Source of the DNA: Owenia fusiformis
Lineage: Eukaryota
Reading direction: 5' to 3'
Assembly: GCA_903813345.2 (NCBI GenBank)
Contig: CAIIXF020000001.1
Span: 43,896,001-43,960,000 of the forward strand
Length of the DNA stretch: 64,000 nucleotides
In this document: in pieces, positions 1 to 13,034 of the stretch
How positions within the stretch are numbered: position 1 is the first letter of the stretch
Layout: the number at the start of each line of letters is the position of its first letter
Notes under the pieces: generated by a model
What the model saw: the letters and a program-made list of their open reading frames with translations, nothing else
Told to the model about the DNA's origin: nothing
The model's database searches: none
Program-made: the position numbers and the translations under genes

Positions 1-755
1 GATTAGTTTTTGGGCATTTTGGGTAAATCTTAAGGTGGCCATTTTGGTTTTTCTGTCCTAAAATCTTCACTTTCAAGACTTGTCTACAGGTTTCCAGCCA
101 AACCATCTGAGGGATTCATCTGAAATTTTTAGGGATGTTTCTACATATCAACGTCAAGAACTGATTAGTTTTTGGGCATTCTGGGTAAATCTTAAGGTGG
201 CCATTTTGGATTTTCTGTCCTAAAATCGTCACTTTTAAGACTTGTCTACAGGTTTCCAGCCAAACCATTTGAGGGATTCATCTGAAATTTTCAGGGATGT
301 TTCTACATATCAACGTCAAGAACTGATTAGTTTTTGGGCATTCTGGGTAAATCTTAAGGTGGCCATTTTGGATTTTCCGTCCTAAAATCTTCACTTTCAA
401 GACTTGTCTACAGGTTTTCAGCCAAACCATTTGAGGGATTCATCTGTAATTTTCAGGGATGTTTCTACATATCAACGTCAAGAACTTTTTAGTTTTTGGG
501 CATTCTGGGTAAATTTTAAGGTGACCATTTTGGATTTTCCGTCCTAAAATCTTTACTTTCAAGACTTGTCTACAGGTTTCCAGCCAAATCTTTTGAGGGA
601 TTCATCTGAAATTTTCAGGGATGTTTCTACATATCAACGTCAAGAACTGATTAGTTTTTGGGCATTCTGGGTAAATTTTAAGGTGGCCATTTTGGATTTT
701 CTGTCCTAAAATCTTCACTTTCAAGACTTGTCTACAGATTTTCAGCCAAACCGTT
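1..755. repeat. 162-bp tandem repeat (~4.6 copies, truncated by the window start)
   Basis: The unit GATTAGTTTTTGGGCATT...CAACGTCAAGAACT restarts at 1, 163, 325, 487 and 649, with few substitutions. It lies in an intron of the + strand gene. Confidence 0.95.
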
Positions 756-1000
756 CAAATTTTTTACATATGTTACACAGTGATAAGTTCTAGAGCTGAA
801 TAACTTTTATGCGGCCATCTTGCTTTCTTGGTCAACAAGACCACAATGCTGTGTTTTAGGTACGATATTGTTCACGTCTGTGCCTTGTTGTATGAGTGAA
901 AAGAATTCTGGAAAATACCAACATTTCTACTGTTTTTATGTATAAATAGATACAATTTAACACATTAGCACTATGAAATGTTTTTTTCCTATTTTTGTAG

Positions 1001-2605
1001 GGAGTACAACTAAATGGCACACAGAGAAAACAGATCAGACCAAGGTGAAACCAAGCAGACCTGCCCCTAATATACCATCTAACACTCCCACTGTACCAAC
1101 ATCTTCCCATAAAGAGTCCTCAACTTGGGATCCTTTTGATTCATCTGACTACAAATCTGACCATTTTGGCATGGACTCATTCAAACCTAATAATGAGAAC
1201 AACATATCTAAACATTATCCATTTGGCCAACCATCAAAATCTGATCCATTCGGTCAACCATCAAATTCTGATCCATTTGCCCAGTCATCAAAATCTGATC
1301 CATTTGCCCAGTCATCAAAATCTGATCCATTTGAACAGTCATTACAATCTGATCCATTTTGTCAACCATCAAAATCTGATCCATTTGCCCAGTCATCAAA
1401 ATCTGATCCATTTGGTCAAGCATCAAAATCTGATTCATTTGCCCAGTCATCAAAATCTGATCGACTTGGTCAACCATTAATATCTGATCCATTTGAACAG
1501 TCACTAAAATCTGATCCATTTGAAGAGTCATTAAAATCATCAAAGTTTGACCCATTTGAACAAATGTCAACAAGAGTGACCTCTGTTGATAACAAAAAGT
1601 CTAAAGATCCATTTTTGGATTTATCTGGCCTTCCCTCAGACAAGCAAGGAACTGGCAGCAAAGGGGTGAATACAAATCTGCCCAGCAACTTGCTGACTCC
1701 CGCGAATCAGCATCAAAATATAGGAAGACACTCAACCAATGAAACATGTTCAACTAAACAAGATCCATTTGGTTCCCTTATGAATACAACAGCTGACCCA
1801 TTAAACTTTTCAAACAAATCAGATCCATTTGGATCTGTTGCTTCGGACACATTTCAACCCTTTGCTGCAAAATCAGCTGATCCTTTTAGTTCTAAGCCAA
1901 TGCAAGTAAGGCCTTCAAGTGTTCAAATGAATTTTGCAAATAGGCTACCAGGTTCTTTCAGTTCGAATACGGCATCATTTGGGAACACACATTTACATTC
2001 CAATCAACAATTCAATGGCAAACAAACTCCCTTTACGTCTAATCCGCCATTTGGCTCCATGCCTCAGATTGGTCAGCAACATCAACAGCATTCCATGGGG
2101 GTACCCCGTCCCCAAGGCAACATGGGTGCATGGCAGGACAATAAAAGTGCATTGCAAGCTAGCACTGGTGCATGGCAAGGCAACACAAATGCATGGCAGT
2201 CTTCAGTTCAGCCAGTCCCAAACAGAACAGCTCCTCAACCCCCAACAAGCAGTCAGAACAAAGGCAAGAAAACAGGTAAAAGTCATATCACTCTATACTG
2301 AAAGCATAGTTGTATGAAGATCTATCTAATATAAGAGTAATTTGATTCAATGCTTAGCATTATTTTTGCATATACATTTTTTACTTTAATACATATATGA
2401 CATTTTTAGTGACACTTTTAACCAATTCATTTCAATTTCTCAGAAAAAGCTACATGAAACATCACAGATTGTCACATCGGGAACTCAACTTATCCCCATT
2501 TCAACCTGCTTGTTTGCATAAATAATTCATTTTCCAATGTTGTAAACATGTATAAATGTATGAACTACAAATGTAATTGCAGATGACCTGTTGATTAAGT
2601 TCTAG
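1001..2605 (+). CDS. 3' part of a DPF-repeat endocytic accessory protein (AP-2/clathrin-binding type; Eps15- or AAK1/NAK-like tail); upstream exons lie outside the window
   Basis: Exon 1001-2275 has acceptor tttgtag and donor gtaaaa. It encodes ~15 DPF motifs, many in 9-aa QSSKSDPF repeats, plus PxxP motifs. Terminal exon 2583-2605 (acceptor ttgcag) joins in phase to give ...KTDDLLIKF*. AATAAA at 3443. Confidence 0.75.
1216..1560 (+). repeat. Coding 27-bp minisatellite (QSSKSDPFx)
   Basis: About 12 units of CAGTCATCAAAATCTGATCCATTTG(CC/AA/GT) within the exon. Confidence 0.9.
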
Positions 2606-5600
2606 AACTTATTGGCTTACAAGGACATCAACGTTAATAAGGACATTGATGTTAATAGTGACACTGACTTCACATGTTTCACCATAGGCATGAACTTGAA
2701 GTCCGTCCAACAACATGGCATGGCATTTTTAGATCTAGAGAGATCTAGAAAGAGGGAACTTCATTCAATACACAACTGTGCTTTGGCCATTATTTATTAA
2801 AGAATAGGACATTATGGAATTATATGGACCTGTGATGAACATAAATATAACATATTAGTTATCCATTATTTGAGCAATTCTGTGATATAGCATGTTTAGT
2901 ATAGTATAATTTATAGGAACATTGCTTCTATTAATTAGATATTATTCGATTAAAACCCATTGAGTTTTTGCTTCTTTCATGAAATAATGTCTTATTGTAA
3001 AATTGCTGTTTAAGAAAATTTTGCACTGTTGAAGTGATTTTTTGTCAATTTCCCAAAAAGTTGGACATTCATATTTCACCATCACGATTCACACAGCCAC
3101 TTTGTTTAGAACTTTCCATGCAGTAATCAATAAGATTGGGTCTCGTAAATTGGAATGGAAATTCACAATTATTTATGAAAGTGGCTCACTGATTTAATCT
3201 AATTTATCTAGTGATGTTTGTAAATGTCTAACATTTGCAGATCTACTTTCACATATATTTTATTCAGCGCAATTTTAATGACATGCTCACAAAAACATAT
3301 TGCATGCAAAATCTTCTAGCTTTACAGTAAAGTGTCATATAAAATATTTAAAACTCCATTGAAATATATCAATATTATGTAATTAAATAGTTATTTAAAA
3401 TTATTAGAAGGCAGTTCTGTACTGTTCAGAAGCACTTTGTTCAATAAATACTGTACTGGCAAAGATGGAATGTTTGACTTTTGGCTTGAATTTTGTACTG
3501 TTCACAATCTGTAACTATTTTTGCGAACTCTTTTTTCACTATTGGCTATCTGTTACAGATAATGCAGATTTCATAACATTTACACAATGTTTCAAAATGA
3601 TGACGGAAGTATGTAAAAAACAGATGTAGTTTCAAAGATTGGGGCAAAAAGGCAAAGGGCAGACAGCAAATTAAAGAATGTTAATTTCTCCACCATCTTG
3701 TAAACTCAAATGTTAGAAATAGTACTTTCAAGCTTCTTTGGCACTAAACTGGTACTGTACTCGATTACTCTGAATCTGTTTCGGTAACAAGATGGCTACA
3801 GTTCCGGTTAGAAAGGTCAGGATTTTCTTTTTCATTGATTTCTCAAGATGATAGCATAAATTCTGATCTTTTCGACACAAACATGTATAAGCATCGTATG
3901 TTTCTGAAAATGCAACTGATTTCACACAAAATGGTTTGTAGGACAGAACCCTCCATATAGTTCCTCTCTTTAGTTACATACAAACAGTAGGTGTGAAAAT
4001 TTGAGGTTTCACGAACCCCTGACAGATCCCCTTGGAAGGCTAAGGTCATAATCCCAGGTCAAGGTCACCAAAAGGTGATTTAATGGCTACACTTCTACTG
4101 AACACGAAATAAATAAACAAAATTTAAGTTTATTTCTATATACCATAAAAGATATAGTATTATATTATGTATATGTAATCACAAAACAAAAAACATGTTA
4201 TTCAAGTACAAAATGATCACAATACCAATTATAGCCCTCTAAAACTCTATATGATAAATCTGTGTATACATAGATATTATCCATACAAATATCATTAAAA
4301 TACATTTGAATTTATTACTAAACATACTACAGAGTTGTAAAATGTATCTGCGATGTGGACATTGATAATAATTAAACAACAATTAATAAATATATAATAC
4401 TATTACTACAAATAATTTCATAAGATAATATTAAACATTCATTATGCAATTTTGTATTGCTAAATTGTCAACTATTTGTGATATATCGTGATTGATGACA
4501 GTCATATGATAATGAGTATGTCAAATTATAAAACGCCATGTTAAAATGATCTATACATATTATGTGAGAACTAACATTTTATGGTGGTGTCATATTAAAA
4601 ATGTTGTACTAAAGTCATTATAAATGGTTGCTCTCTGCTGGATTCTCGTTTATATTATCCATATCATAGTTCTGAGGCTCCAAATATTATTTTCATAAGT
4701 TAATTAAAAGAAATAATACAACACTTTTATTTTGGGAAATCCAACAATAAAAACAGAAATTAAAACTAAAATTTTTTTTTTTTTTAAATTGCCAAAAACT
4801 AGAACATTGAGTTGCACTTAACTTGTATACCCTACATCTCCATAGCAACTAACAAAAACCATGGAGAATCACTGACTCATTGCAATCTTTCGAAGAAATG
4901 GAAACATGGAAATGTGAACAAACTGTACAAATCATGATTCTGAAGACATTTTGAAGCATAATAAGCAGCTACTTACATTGTTTTCTCATTGCTCTTAGAG
5001 TTATCTACACGTCAATTACATTGTCTGTTTGTAAACACCGGTGTATAAGTTAAATTGTAAAATTAATTTTAGATGAAATGTAGGTAACAACCATGTAGAA
5101 ACTGATTTCAATACATGAAAGTTTATATGTGAGATGTATAATGTATAACATATATGTATGATATCTTTTGATATTTATAGTTTATGAATGCATTATTTAA
5201 GATAATCTCTCTCTTACTATCCATGGTGGGTTCATTATTTTAACACACACACACGCACACATAACTTCAGATCCACTAGATAATCAAAAGTACATATTTG
5301 TCTCTTAATTTCTAAAATATACCCTTTCACACTTTAGTACATGTACTACACAGTATTAAACTTGCTATCGATATTAAATATCCATTAACTACAAAGTATT
5401 CAACTTTCCAGTGATATTGAATATCCATTTTAAAATGTACAACTGTCTGATAATCAAAACAAGAAAACTTTATACACGTATGTATTCCTTGGTCCAATGC
5501 TAAATCTCTCATGCAGTCATTACATGTATTACAATTAATCCCTATACACTGATTTACTCCCATTATGTCTCTTGGTATCTTAAATTTTCAGTTGATGAAC

Positions 5601-5690
5601 CAAAATTCTTTAAGTCTACCTGCTAAAGTCGCTTCAATGCTGAAGATGAGTGAAGAAGATCCAAGTTTCTGTGGAGACCCTCGTCGAGGT

Positions 5691-8600
5691 CTAACTTGCC
5701 TCAACTTCAGTTTTTTCTTCTATTTTTTCTGCATCTCCATTTGGTTCTCCTTCCTTGGCTGTGTCTTTTGTATCTTCTACATTATTTTCCTCAGCTTCTT
5801 TCTTATCATCAATGCTCTCTTCCTCCTCTACAGGAGCCGCAGCTTTCTTTCCTTTTCTGCTCCTCTTGAGGTATTCCTTACCTTCCTGCAAATATGTTAA
5901 CACTTTGTAAACATTGCATCTAGGTTAGGCCTAACTCAGAAAATGTGAAATGTGCACATTTTCATACTCACGAATCTGAATCAATACTAGAAATCAGTCC
6001 ATACATTAGTTATTTCAAGATATTAGTGAGAAAGATAGCACAAAATAACCCAAGCTTTAAGTACATGTACTTCATTTTGATAGGTAATAGTCTACATATT
6101 TATCAATTGATTTAACCTTGTTAATAAGAATATCAATACTTTGGTGTTGTAACAAATTACAAGGCAAGCCAAATATGTTTCAAATTTGAAGAGGAAAATT
6201 AAGTGTTTCCCATACATTTGGAAAGGTATATATTCATAAGCATGAAATTAAGGTATAAGAGAAGCAAATAAATCAACAGTCAGAGATATGTTACCTTGGC
6301 AGTTTGTTGCATGGTTCCTGCTCTTTTAATGGCAGGTTTAGCGGGACTTCGTGTTTGTGACCTGGTTCTACGTCCTGAGCTAGCGTCTGGTGACAGTTCT
6401 TTCTCATTGGCTAACAATGCTTGACCTGTAATGTTACCATAGTAATACACTGAGTACTGTTGTCAAAGGGCTGGTTAATTTTAAACAAGAGACACAGAGA
6501 GATAAATATCTTATGGAAAGATTTCTTAGCAAGCGTAAAACTTAACCAGGTTTAGAAGCCCCTCTGCATTTTTTAAATAGCATACCTATTTTTTGATTAT
6601 CAATCATATACAATGTGAACTTTTTTATTTTGAATTTAACATATTAAATAAACAATGTTCATTTTCATATATAATGTACCTTCAGCCATAGTTTTTGCCA
6701 TGGTGCTTGCCCTCTTGGGGGTTCCCCTCTCTCTTTTGGCTTTTGTTCCTTGTCTAGTATCTCCAAGCTTCTCTTTGCCAAGAATTCCTTTCGCTTCCTG
6801 AAATACAATTGGGAAAACTTTATACTCTATATAATATAGGAAAATGTCATATCAAAAGTTTGTAATTTAGGTCAAGGTCAAAAGCAATGTAAACTGCAAA
6901 ACAAGAGAGTACAATTTGTATTGCATACACATGAAAGACTCCAGGTAAAAAGGACCAAAAAAGGACTGAAATATATCCACATTTTAAGAAAATAGTGAAT
7001 ATCTGGAAAGAATGCAGTCTACTAATGTCTGAATAAAAATCAGTGAAAAAAAAATTCTCTAATAGACAGCAAGTATAGTGATGTTTTGAAATATACTAGA
7101 ATAACTTTCATTTTTCCAATAGTATTGATATTTTATAAAAGATGTGAAAATATAGTAGGTGAGATTAAATGTATCTACACTTACACTTGCCGTTGCCTTC
7201 ATTGTGGTATCTTTAGAGATCCTTGGCTTCTTGGGAGTTGGTTCTTCAGCCTCAGCTTCCTCAGCTTGAATCTCTTCAATCTTCTTCTGTTCGCCACGTG
7301 TCTTTGCATTTGGGTCAGGTTTGCCTGCAGCCTCAAGCAAAGCTTCAGCTTCCTGGAGAATAGCAGATGTTAAAACATGTCAGAACAAAAACAAGGGAAA
7401 TTATTGGAAAATGCCGATCACCAACCGCCAAGCACCAACTGCCATCCGCCGATCGCCATCACAAAAAAATGGAGACCATAAAAATATGTCACCACTTTTT
7501 GGTAGTGACATAAAAATCAAAATATTTTCGCTTACCTTGTACCTTGATTACTCTTTGCAATAAAAAGTGACCATTGCGGACTCGCGATTTCAGGTAGAGT
7601 GCATTATCAGTATGGTGGATGTAAAAAAGAAAGTGAAAAATTGAGTCGGCATTTAAGTCGAAAAAGTCAGCAGTTTTGAAGTTTTTCGGGATTCCAATAG
7701 TACAAGAAAAATTTATTGACGATAGCACAGCGTGCATGTTATGTGAAACGCTGATCCTATTCATGGCGGGTGGGTTTATTAGATGGTTTAAGTTAAGTCG
7801 TTTTTTACCAGGCATTTTTATTTCTGAATCTGATTTTGAAAAGTGAAACTGAAACTGCCATCAACATAACCTTGCATCATTTTTGTTTGATGCCACACAT
7901 TGTTACAATATAATAATTGCGTTTTCTTGAATTGATAACTCTGAGCTAATAATTATTTCTTTGCTTTAAGGTTGAACTGCCATGGTGATGCATCTTAGTT
8001 TAGATTGATGCACAAAGAATTCAAAGTAATGACTGTTAACTTTGTTTGTAGCCTTTGTAAATTGTTTCAGCTGACTCGTACAATAATTGAAGCTTTTTAT
8101 CAATCATTTTTTTATCACGTTTCCTCCCAACCCATATGGGTTTAAATCGCGTATCATCGCAATTGCGACCTGCGAAATGAAGCCCACGGAGTGTCAAGAT
8201 TTTGATGGATTTTAAAATAATCAGTCAAGATTTGTGCTAGTGCTCACTTGGAGTGTCTGTAAAAAGTGTCACCAAATGCTTCACACTTGCAAATTACAAA
8301 AGTTACACAATTAATCACAAATGTGTAGCACCAATCACAGTAAAAATTTGCTTAAACCATATGTCCCTATCATAAAAATGGCAGTTAGAAGATGCAAAAA
8401 TATCAACGCAAAATTTTAATTTCCATGACATTTTACAACTTACATTAGCTGTTGCCTTCATTGTGGTATCTTTAGAGATCCTTGGCTTCTTAGGAGTTGG
8501 TTCTTCAGCCTCAGCTTCCTCAGCTTGAATCTCTTCAATCTTCTTCTGTTCGCCACGTGTCTTTGCATCGGGGTCAGGTTTTCCTGCAGCCTCAAGCAAA

Positions 8601-11600
8601 GCTTCAGCTTCCTGGAGAACATGCAGATATCAAAATATATCAGAACAAAAACAAGGGATTAATGTGTCACCACATGCTTGTTCACATTGCAAATTAAAAT
8701 AGTTTCACAATTAATCACAAATGTATATCATCAATCACAGTAAAAATTGGCTTAAACTATATGTCCCTGTCCATGGAACGAACTTGCAAGACAACTTACA
8801 TTGGCTGTTGCCTTCATCGTGGTATCTTTAGAGATCCTTGGCTTCTGAGGAGTTGGTTCTTCAGCCTCAGCTTCTTCAGCTTGAATCTCGTCAATCTTCT
8901 TCTGTTCGCCACGTGTCTTTGCATCGGGGTCAGGTTTTCCTGAAGCCTCAAGAAGAGCTTCTCCCTCCTAGATAACATTCAGATGTCAAAAGTAAATTTA
9001 AGTAAACCAAATGACTATTCTGATAAGCTACCTATTTGTTGACAAATCAGTGCTCTCCCCAGATTGAAATCTCTGAGGGGCGGCACCTCCATGTACTTTG
9101 TAAAACCAAAATGCTCCTCAATGCAATTAGATGCACCTCCTCAAATGTTTCAAATAAGAAAATTCAAAAATGTTGCACAAAAAGTTACAAAATCGTAAAA
9201 TATTGCACAAAAACTAATATGTTGTACTAAAAAGTAAGAAAATCCTCCAAACAACAAATCCTGGGGAGCACTACAAATGTAATTGTTTCTAGTATATCAT
9301 CATATACTAAAGCTAAATTAATGACATCATCGAACATCTAATATGGAAAATTCTTCTTGCACTTAAATTCAGTTTCCTTCCATCAAAATAAAATAATGAC
9401 ATTGAATGTCCAAGGCATAATGTTGGCCCAAATATCAATAGCCCTTCACCCCTCAAGTTTATCCTTTTCTTATTAACATTTATCTTTTCTGTCATTAATC
9501 TATCTGTGATACATAAATGAAAAACAAGACCAATGTAGCACATTTGAATAGAGTTTAGTGATTATTATGATGACTGTTTTTAATATGTTATCCTGATAAT
9601 TTGAAATCTATCCCCTCTAATAATTTGCCTGGAAATGTATAAATATATGACACCCGTCCCCTACCCGGCAGGCAAATTGGTCACAATATAGGACCCAGGG
9701 GTATAATCACTGTGTTTTCACTGTGTCTTACTTTCCTCAATATGGCTTTCAAAAAATGCAACAAGAAAGATGATACCTTAGCTGTGACAAGCATTGTGTT
9801 ATCCTTGGTCATTGCAGCTTTGGCAGCTTCTGTTGACTCTCCATTCTCAACTTTATCAGCTGCTGCATAATCCTGAAAAACATGTAATGAAAAATATTAA
9901 AACATACCAATTTATTTATAGATGTCCCTCTGTAAAGTGTAAAATATGTTTGGTGGCTTTGAGGATTGGTAAGATCAGGTCATAAATCTTGTTCTTATAA
10001 ATGTCCAGGTAAATCACAATTCCTTGCAGGCCATAATTCTCACAAACGCCTGCTACTTTACATGTAAGATAGGATGGGGTAGTTCCGAGTTTCAAAAGTC
10101 AATGAGATTAAACTTGTCACAATGTCCTCTTAACTATCTTGAAAGATAGTAATAAGCAATTGTAAGGATCTACAAGTTAACTGTCTATTCTGAATTTATA
10201 TGTTAATCGGAGAAAAACTGATTTGAAGATCTATTCTATCACTTATTCAAACATGACTGTTCTCTGAGTTTTTCAACCAAACAGAATGCAGCATAGCCAT
10301 TCTCTAATTCTCCACCTGTGCATCTATTAAATCTACTTCTAGGAATCTATGTACAATGTACATGACTATGTATTGTGAATGTGATGTCACACCTTGAAAT
10401 GGCGAAAAATGACAGCAAGTTTGGTTACTTCATTGACCTCAATTCCCAAATATCTGAACAATTTTTTCATTTTTATGTTTGAATCGAAATAAATAATGGT
10501 AGGCCATTCAATATGGTTAAATTCTACACTCTGACAGAATGTCAGTTCAAATGCACCCACCTTCGGTTTGTACTTTGTACAACATTCTGTCTAACTCTTT
10601 CTGAATTTCACCACATTGAATGGCCTATCATTATCTATGCCTTAAATGATGTTGAATGAGAAATTGACCCCTGGATCAAATCAGTCACCAGATGGGAGAG
10701 GCAAAGCTTGGAGCGCAGCTTCGAGCTCTTGTAATAATCGTAAAGGCTAGAGTACCGACAATTGTCGGTACTCTAGACTCTGATGTGGTGGCACGCTAGA
10801 GGACCGACAAATAAATTGTCGGTACGGGAGATATGCTGTGTTTACACGCTAGAGGACCGACAAATATTGATTGTCGAATTTTCTGGCGCATGCGCAATGC
10901 GCGGGGGGATATTTCAGATATCATACGGATATTTTGGGAACAAGTGCAAAACCCGGGGAGGGCATAAGCCCCGGTTACCCGGGGATTACCAAACCCAGTC
11001 AAAAAATGGTAGCCCGGTAACAGGGAATGGTAGTAAACGTTGAAAACCCAATAAAAAGGAAGGGGCGTTTGCTACCCATTAGATAGAAGAAAATAGCTAG
11101 AATGTTTTTTAGAGCTTATCGTATGGTATGAGGTTCCATATCCATCCGCCAAAAGGTATATAGTCCATTTAAAAACCTGTGGTATCGTTCTAAATAACCC
11201 ATAGTTGGCTTCTAGGGTACCTAGTATGCCACTATTTGGTATCAAAATAAAGAGGAGTTCAACTTTCATTTGAATTACGAAAATAGCGATGTAGGTCAAA
11301 ATAGTTCCGAACGTGAGGATATTTACTACGCGTTTGCCTGTCATATCAGAATTGAGGAAGTGGTAGCAAACGCGAGTTACAATAAACGGACGCTGATATC
11401 TCAAAATGTAACCTGACTCCCTATAATTTGATGTAGGTCAATCGAACCCCTATATGGACAGGTGCATTTTGATATATAACACTATGGGGGGTAAGCGTTT
11501 CATAGTTGGTCACGAAAGCCATATGTGCAAAGTATTGTTAAGAAATTTTCGAATTTGGTGTTGGATTACGGTACTCATACCTTATAGCACAATTTTTGAT

Positions 11601-12955
11601 GGAAGTTGCATTTGGCTCCCTTAGTTATGGCCACGATTCCATCTCGCATGAGAGAGCTACGAAACGCAAAGTAAACAGTGATATATTCCAAATGAGATAT
11701 TTCTCCTGTGCCATGGCGTAGTAAGGGTAGAGGTCGACGGGGGCGAAAGCATCCCCTCCTAATTGTATATAACGACCCATTAGATAGAACAAGAAAAGAG
11801 CTTTAAAATGTTTTTTAATTGAAGCTTGTAGGACAATTTTGATGGAAGTTGAATCAATTTTTGTCACAATAAATTATGGCTCACTACAAGTTAATGCCTG
11901 TACGATTCCATACTGCAAAAGAAGCACTATCCCCCCTCAAAAGAAAAAAGTAGGTCTTGCCGGGATTCGAACTCGGGACAGAGTGTGCTCGAATCGTGCT
12001 CGCTAACCACTAGACTACCAGTGATGAAGTTATTCATGAAACTAAAAGTAGTGAATTTATTTATGAAATTGTCGGCTCTCTAGCAAAAACACGTAGCAGC
12101 CACTTGCGTACCGACAATTGTCGGTTCTCTATCTGACACTATTAGGTGACGATAGAGTGCCGACAATTGTCGGTACCCCAGCAAATACCCCTGGACAGTC
12201 TCCAGTACCGACAATTGTCGGTCCTGGAGCCACTCCGTGTAATAATACTTTTGAGTATGACCTACCCTTGCAAGAGATGGTAGATTTCTAACAAAGATCA
12301 CGGCCTGTTGTTTATAAGATACCAAAAAACTCTGTCTATTACCACATTAATGATGCCTTTATATTAATGACTTGTAAAGCCATTGTTCTTGTTGATATGT
12401 GACAATCTGTCAAATTCATTTTTTGTGGGTCATTTATTTCACATTTAATCCAACATGGAATACTGCGTGGTGAAACCTCACAATAATAGAAATATTAAAT
12501 AGCAACATTAAATGTTATTAACTTAAGATCATTATTAACATGTCTTTCACATACTCCCCGGGTGGCAAGACAATGAAATATAGCCGGTCTCTATCAAATT
12601 ATTAGCATGGGCATTTAAGAAGGTCGGCCATCTTGGAATTTAATTCGATAGATTATCACAATTTCCTCCCCTTTGGTTTGCACAATAGGAACTCAAATAT
12701 ATATCATAATGGTCTTTGATTATTTCAGTACACGTATGTAGTAAAGATATGAAGATTGAGATATGAGGGATTGGGTTTGAAAGCGATAAAAAAGGTAGGG
12801 GTATTTCGCCATTGAAAATAAACAACACAGTAACAAAATAAAAGCTGCATTATTCAACGTGAATTTCCGTACGATTGCATGCATTGATTTTGACCTACCT
12901 GAGCAATAACTTGCACTGTTTCATCTCGAACCATCTGGGGTTTGTCTTCGGCCAT
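5691..12955 (-). CDS. Uncharacterised ~366-aa low-complexity, charged repeat protein (8 coding exons)
   Basis: Exons are 12955-12899 (MAEDKPQMVRDETVQVIAQ), 9872-9777, 8967-8800, 8611-8444, 7352-7185, 6797-6680, 6425-6295 and 5885-5691 (stop). All introns are GT-AG and phases match throughout. A K/R-x-x-T-M-x-x-T-A-x-E-G/A-x-x-L-L-like motif recurs at each junction. Confidence 0.85.
7185..8967 (-). repeat. Tandemly triplicated 168-bp phase-0 exon with duplicated flanking intron sequence
   Basis: Three near-identical 56-codon exons (EAEALLEAAGKPDPDAKTRGEQKK...KDTTMKATAN). Intron segments 8266-8368 vs 8664-8768 and 7353-7398 vs 8612-8658 are also homologous. Confidence 0.93.
9048..9272. mobile_element. 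Small MITE-like element
   Basis: Ends CAGTGCTCTCCCCAGATT and AATCCTGGGGAGCACT are imperfect inverted repeats. ACAAAT occurs on both flanks. Confidence 0.4.
10492..10634. mobile_element. ~140-bp hairpin MITE-like element
   Basis: ATAATGGTAGGCCATTCAATATGGTTAAATTC and GAATTTCACCACATTGAATGGCCTATCATTAT are inverted; an inner GACAGAATGT/ACATTCTGTC pair is also present. Confidence 0.55.
10745..12230. mobile_element. ~1.5-kb intronic element bounded by clusters of the palindrome CCGACAATTGTCGG
   Basis: Perfect 30-bp palindrome CTAGAGTACCGACAATTGTCGGTACTCTAG at ~10748, with variants at ~10797 and ~10849. Three more copies at ~12108, ~12155 and ~12201. Internal duplication ACCCATTAGATAGAA at ~11074 and ~11775. 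Confidence 0.6.
11941..12024 (-). pseudogene. tRNA-derived sequence (SINE head or pseudo-tRNA) with A box, B box and oligo-T
   Basis: The minus strand reads TGGTAGTCTAGTGGTTAG (A box)...GAGTTCGAATCCCGG (B box/T arm), followed by CTTTTTTCTTTT. Acceptor and anticodon stems do not pair. Confidence 0.65.
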
Positions 12956-13034
12956 TTTATTACGTAGATACCCGGGACTTAGCAGTTAAACACACCCACC
13001 GATATGCACGAAAAACACGAGGGTCAATGAAGAA

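Noticed and set aside
973..1000. ATG at 973 as the start of a standalone 442-aa protein
   Set aside because: The sequence before 1001 is a polypyrimidine tract ending in AG, so the ORF is better explained as an internal exon.
1136..1573. Overlapping ORFs 1136-1480(+) and 1208-1573(-) with repetitive translations
   Set aside because: They are alternative-frame shadows of the stop-free 27-bp coding minisatellite. Only the DPF frame has splice sites and meaningful motifs.
5565..5900. Hydrophobic 111-aa ORF on the + strand, and similar antisense ORFs over CFAP57 exons
   Set aside because: These are antisense shadows of Glu/Lys-rich coding exons on the minus strand.
11941..12024. Functional tRNA gene
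   Set aside because: Acceptor and anticodon stems do not base-pair; only the A/B boxes and part of the T arm remain.
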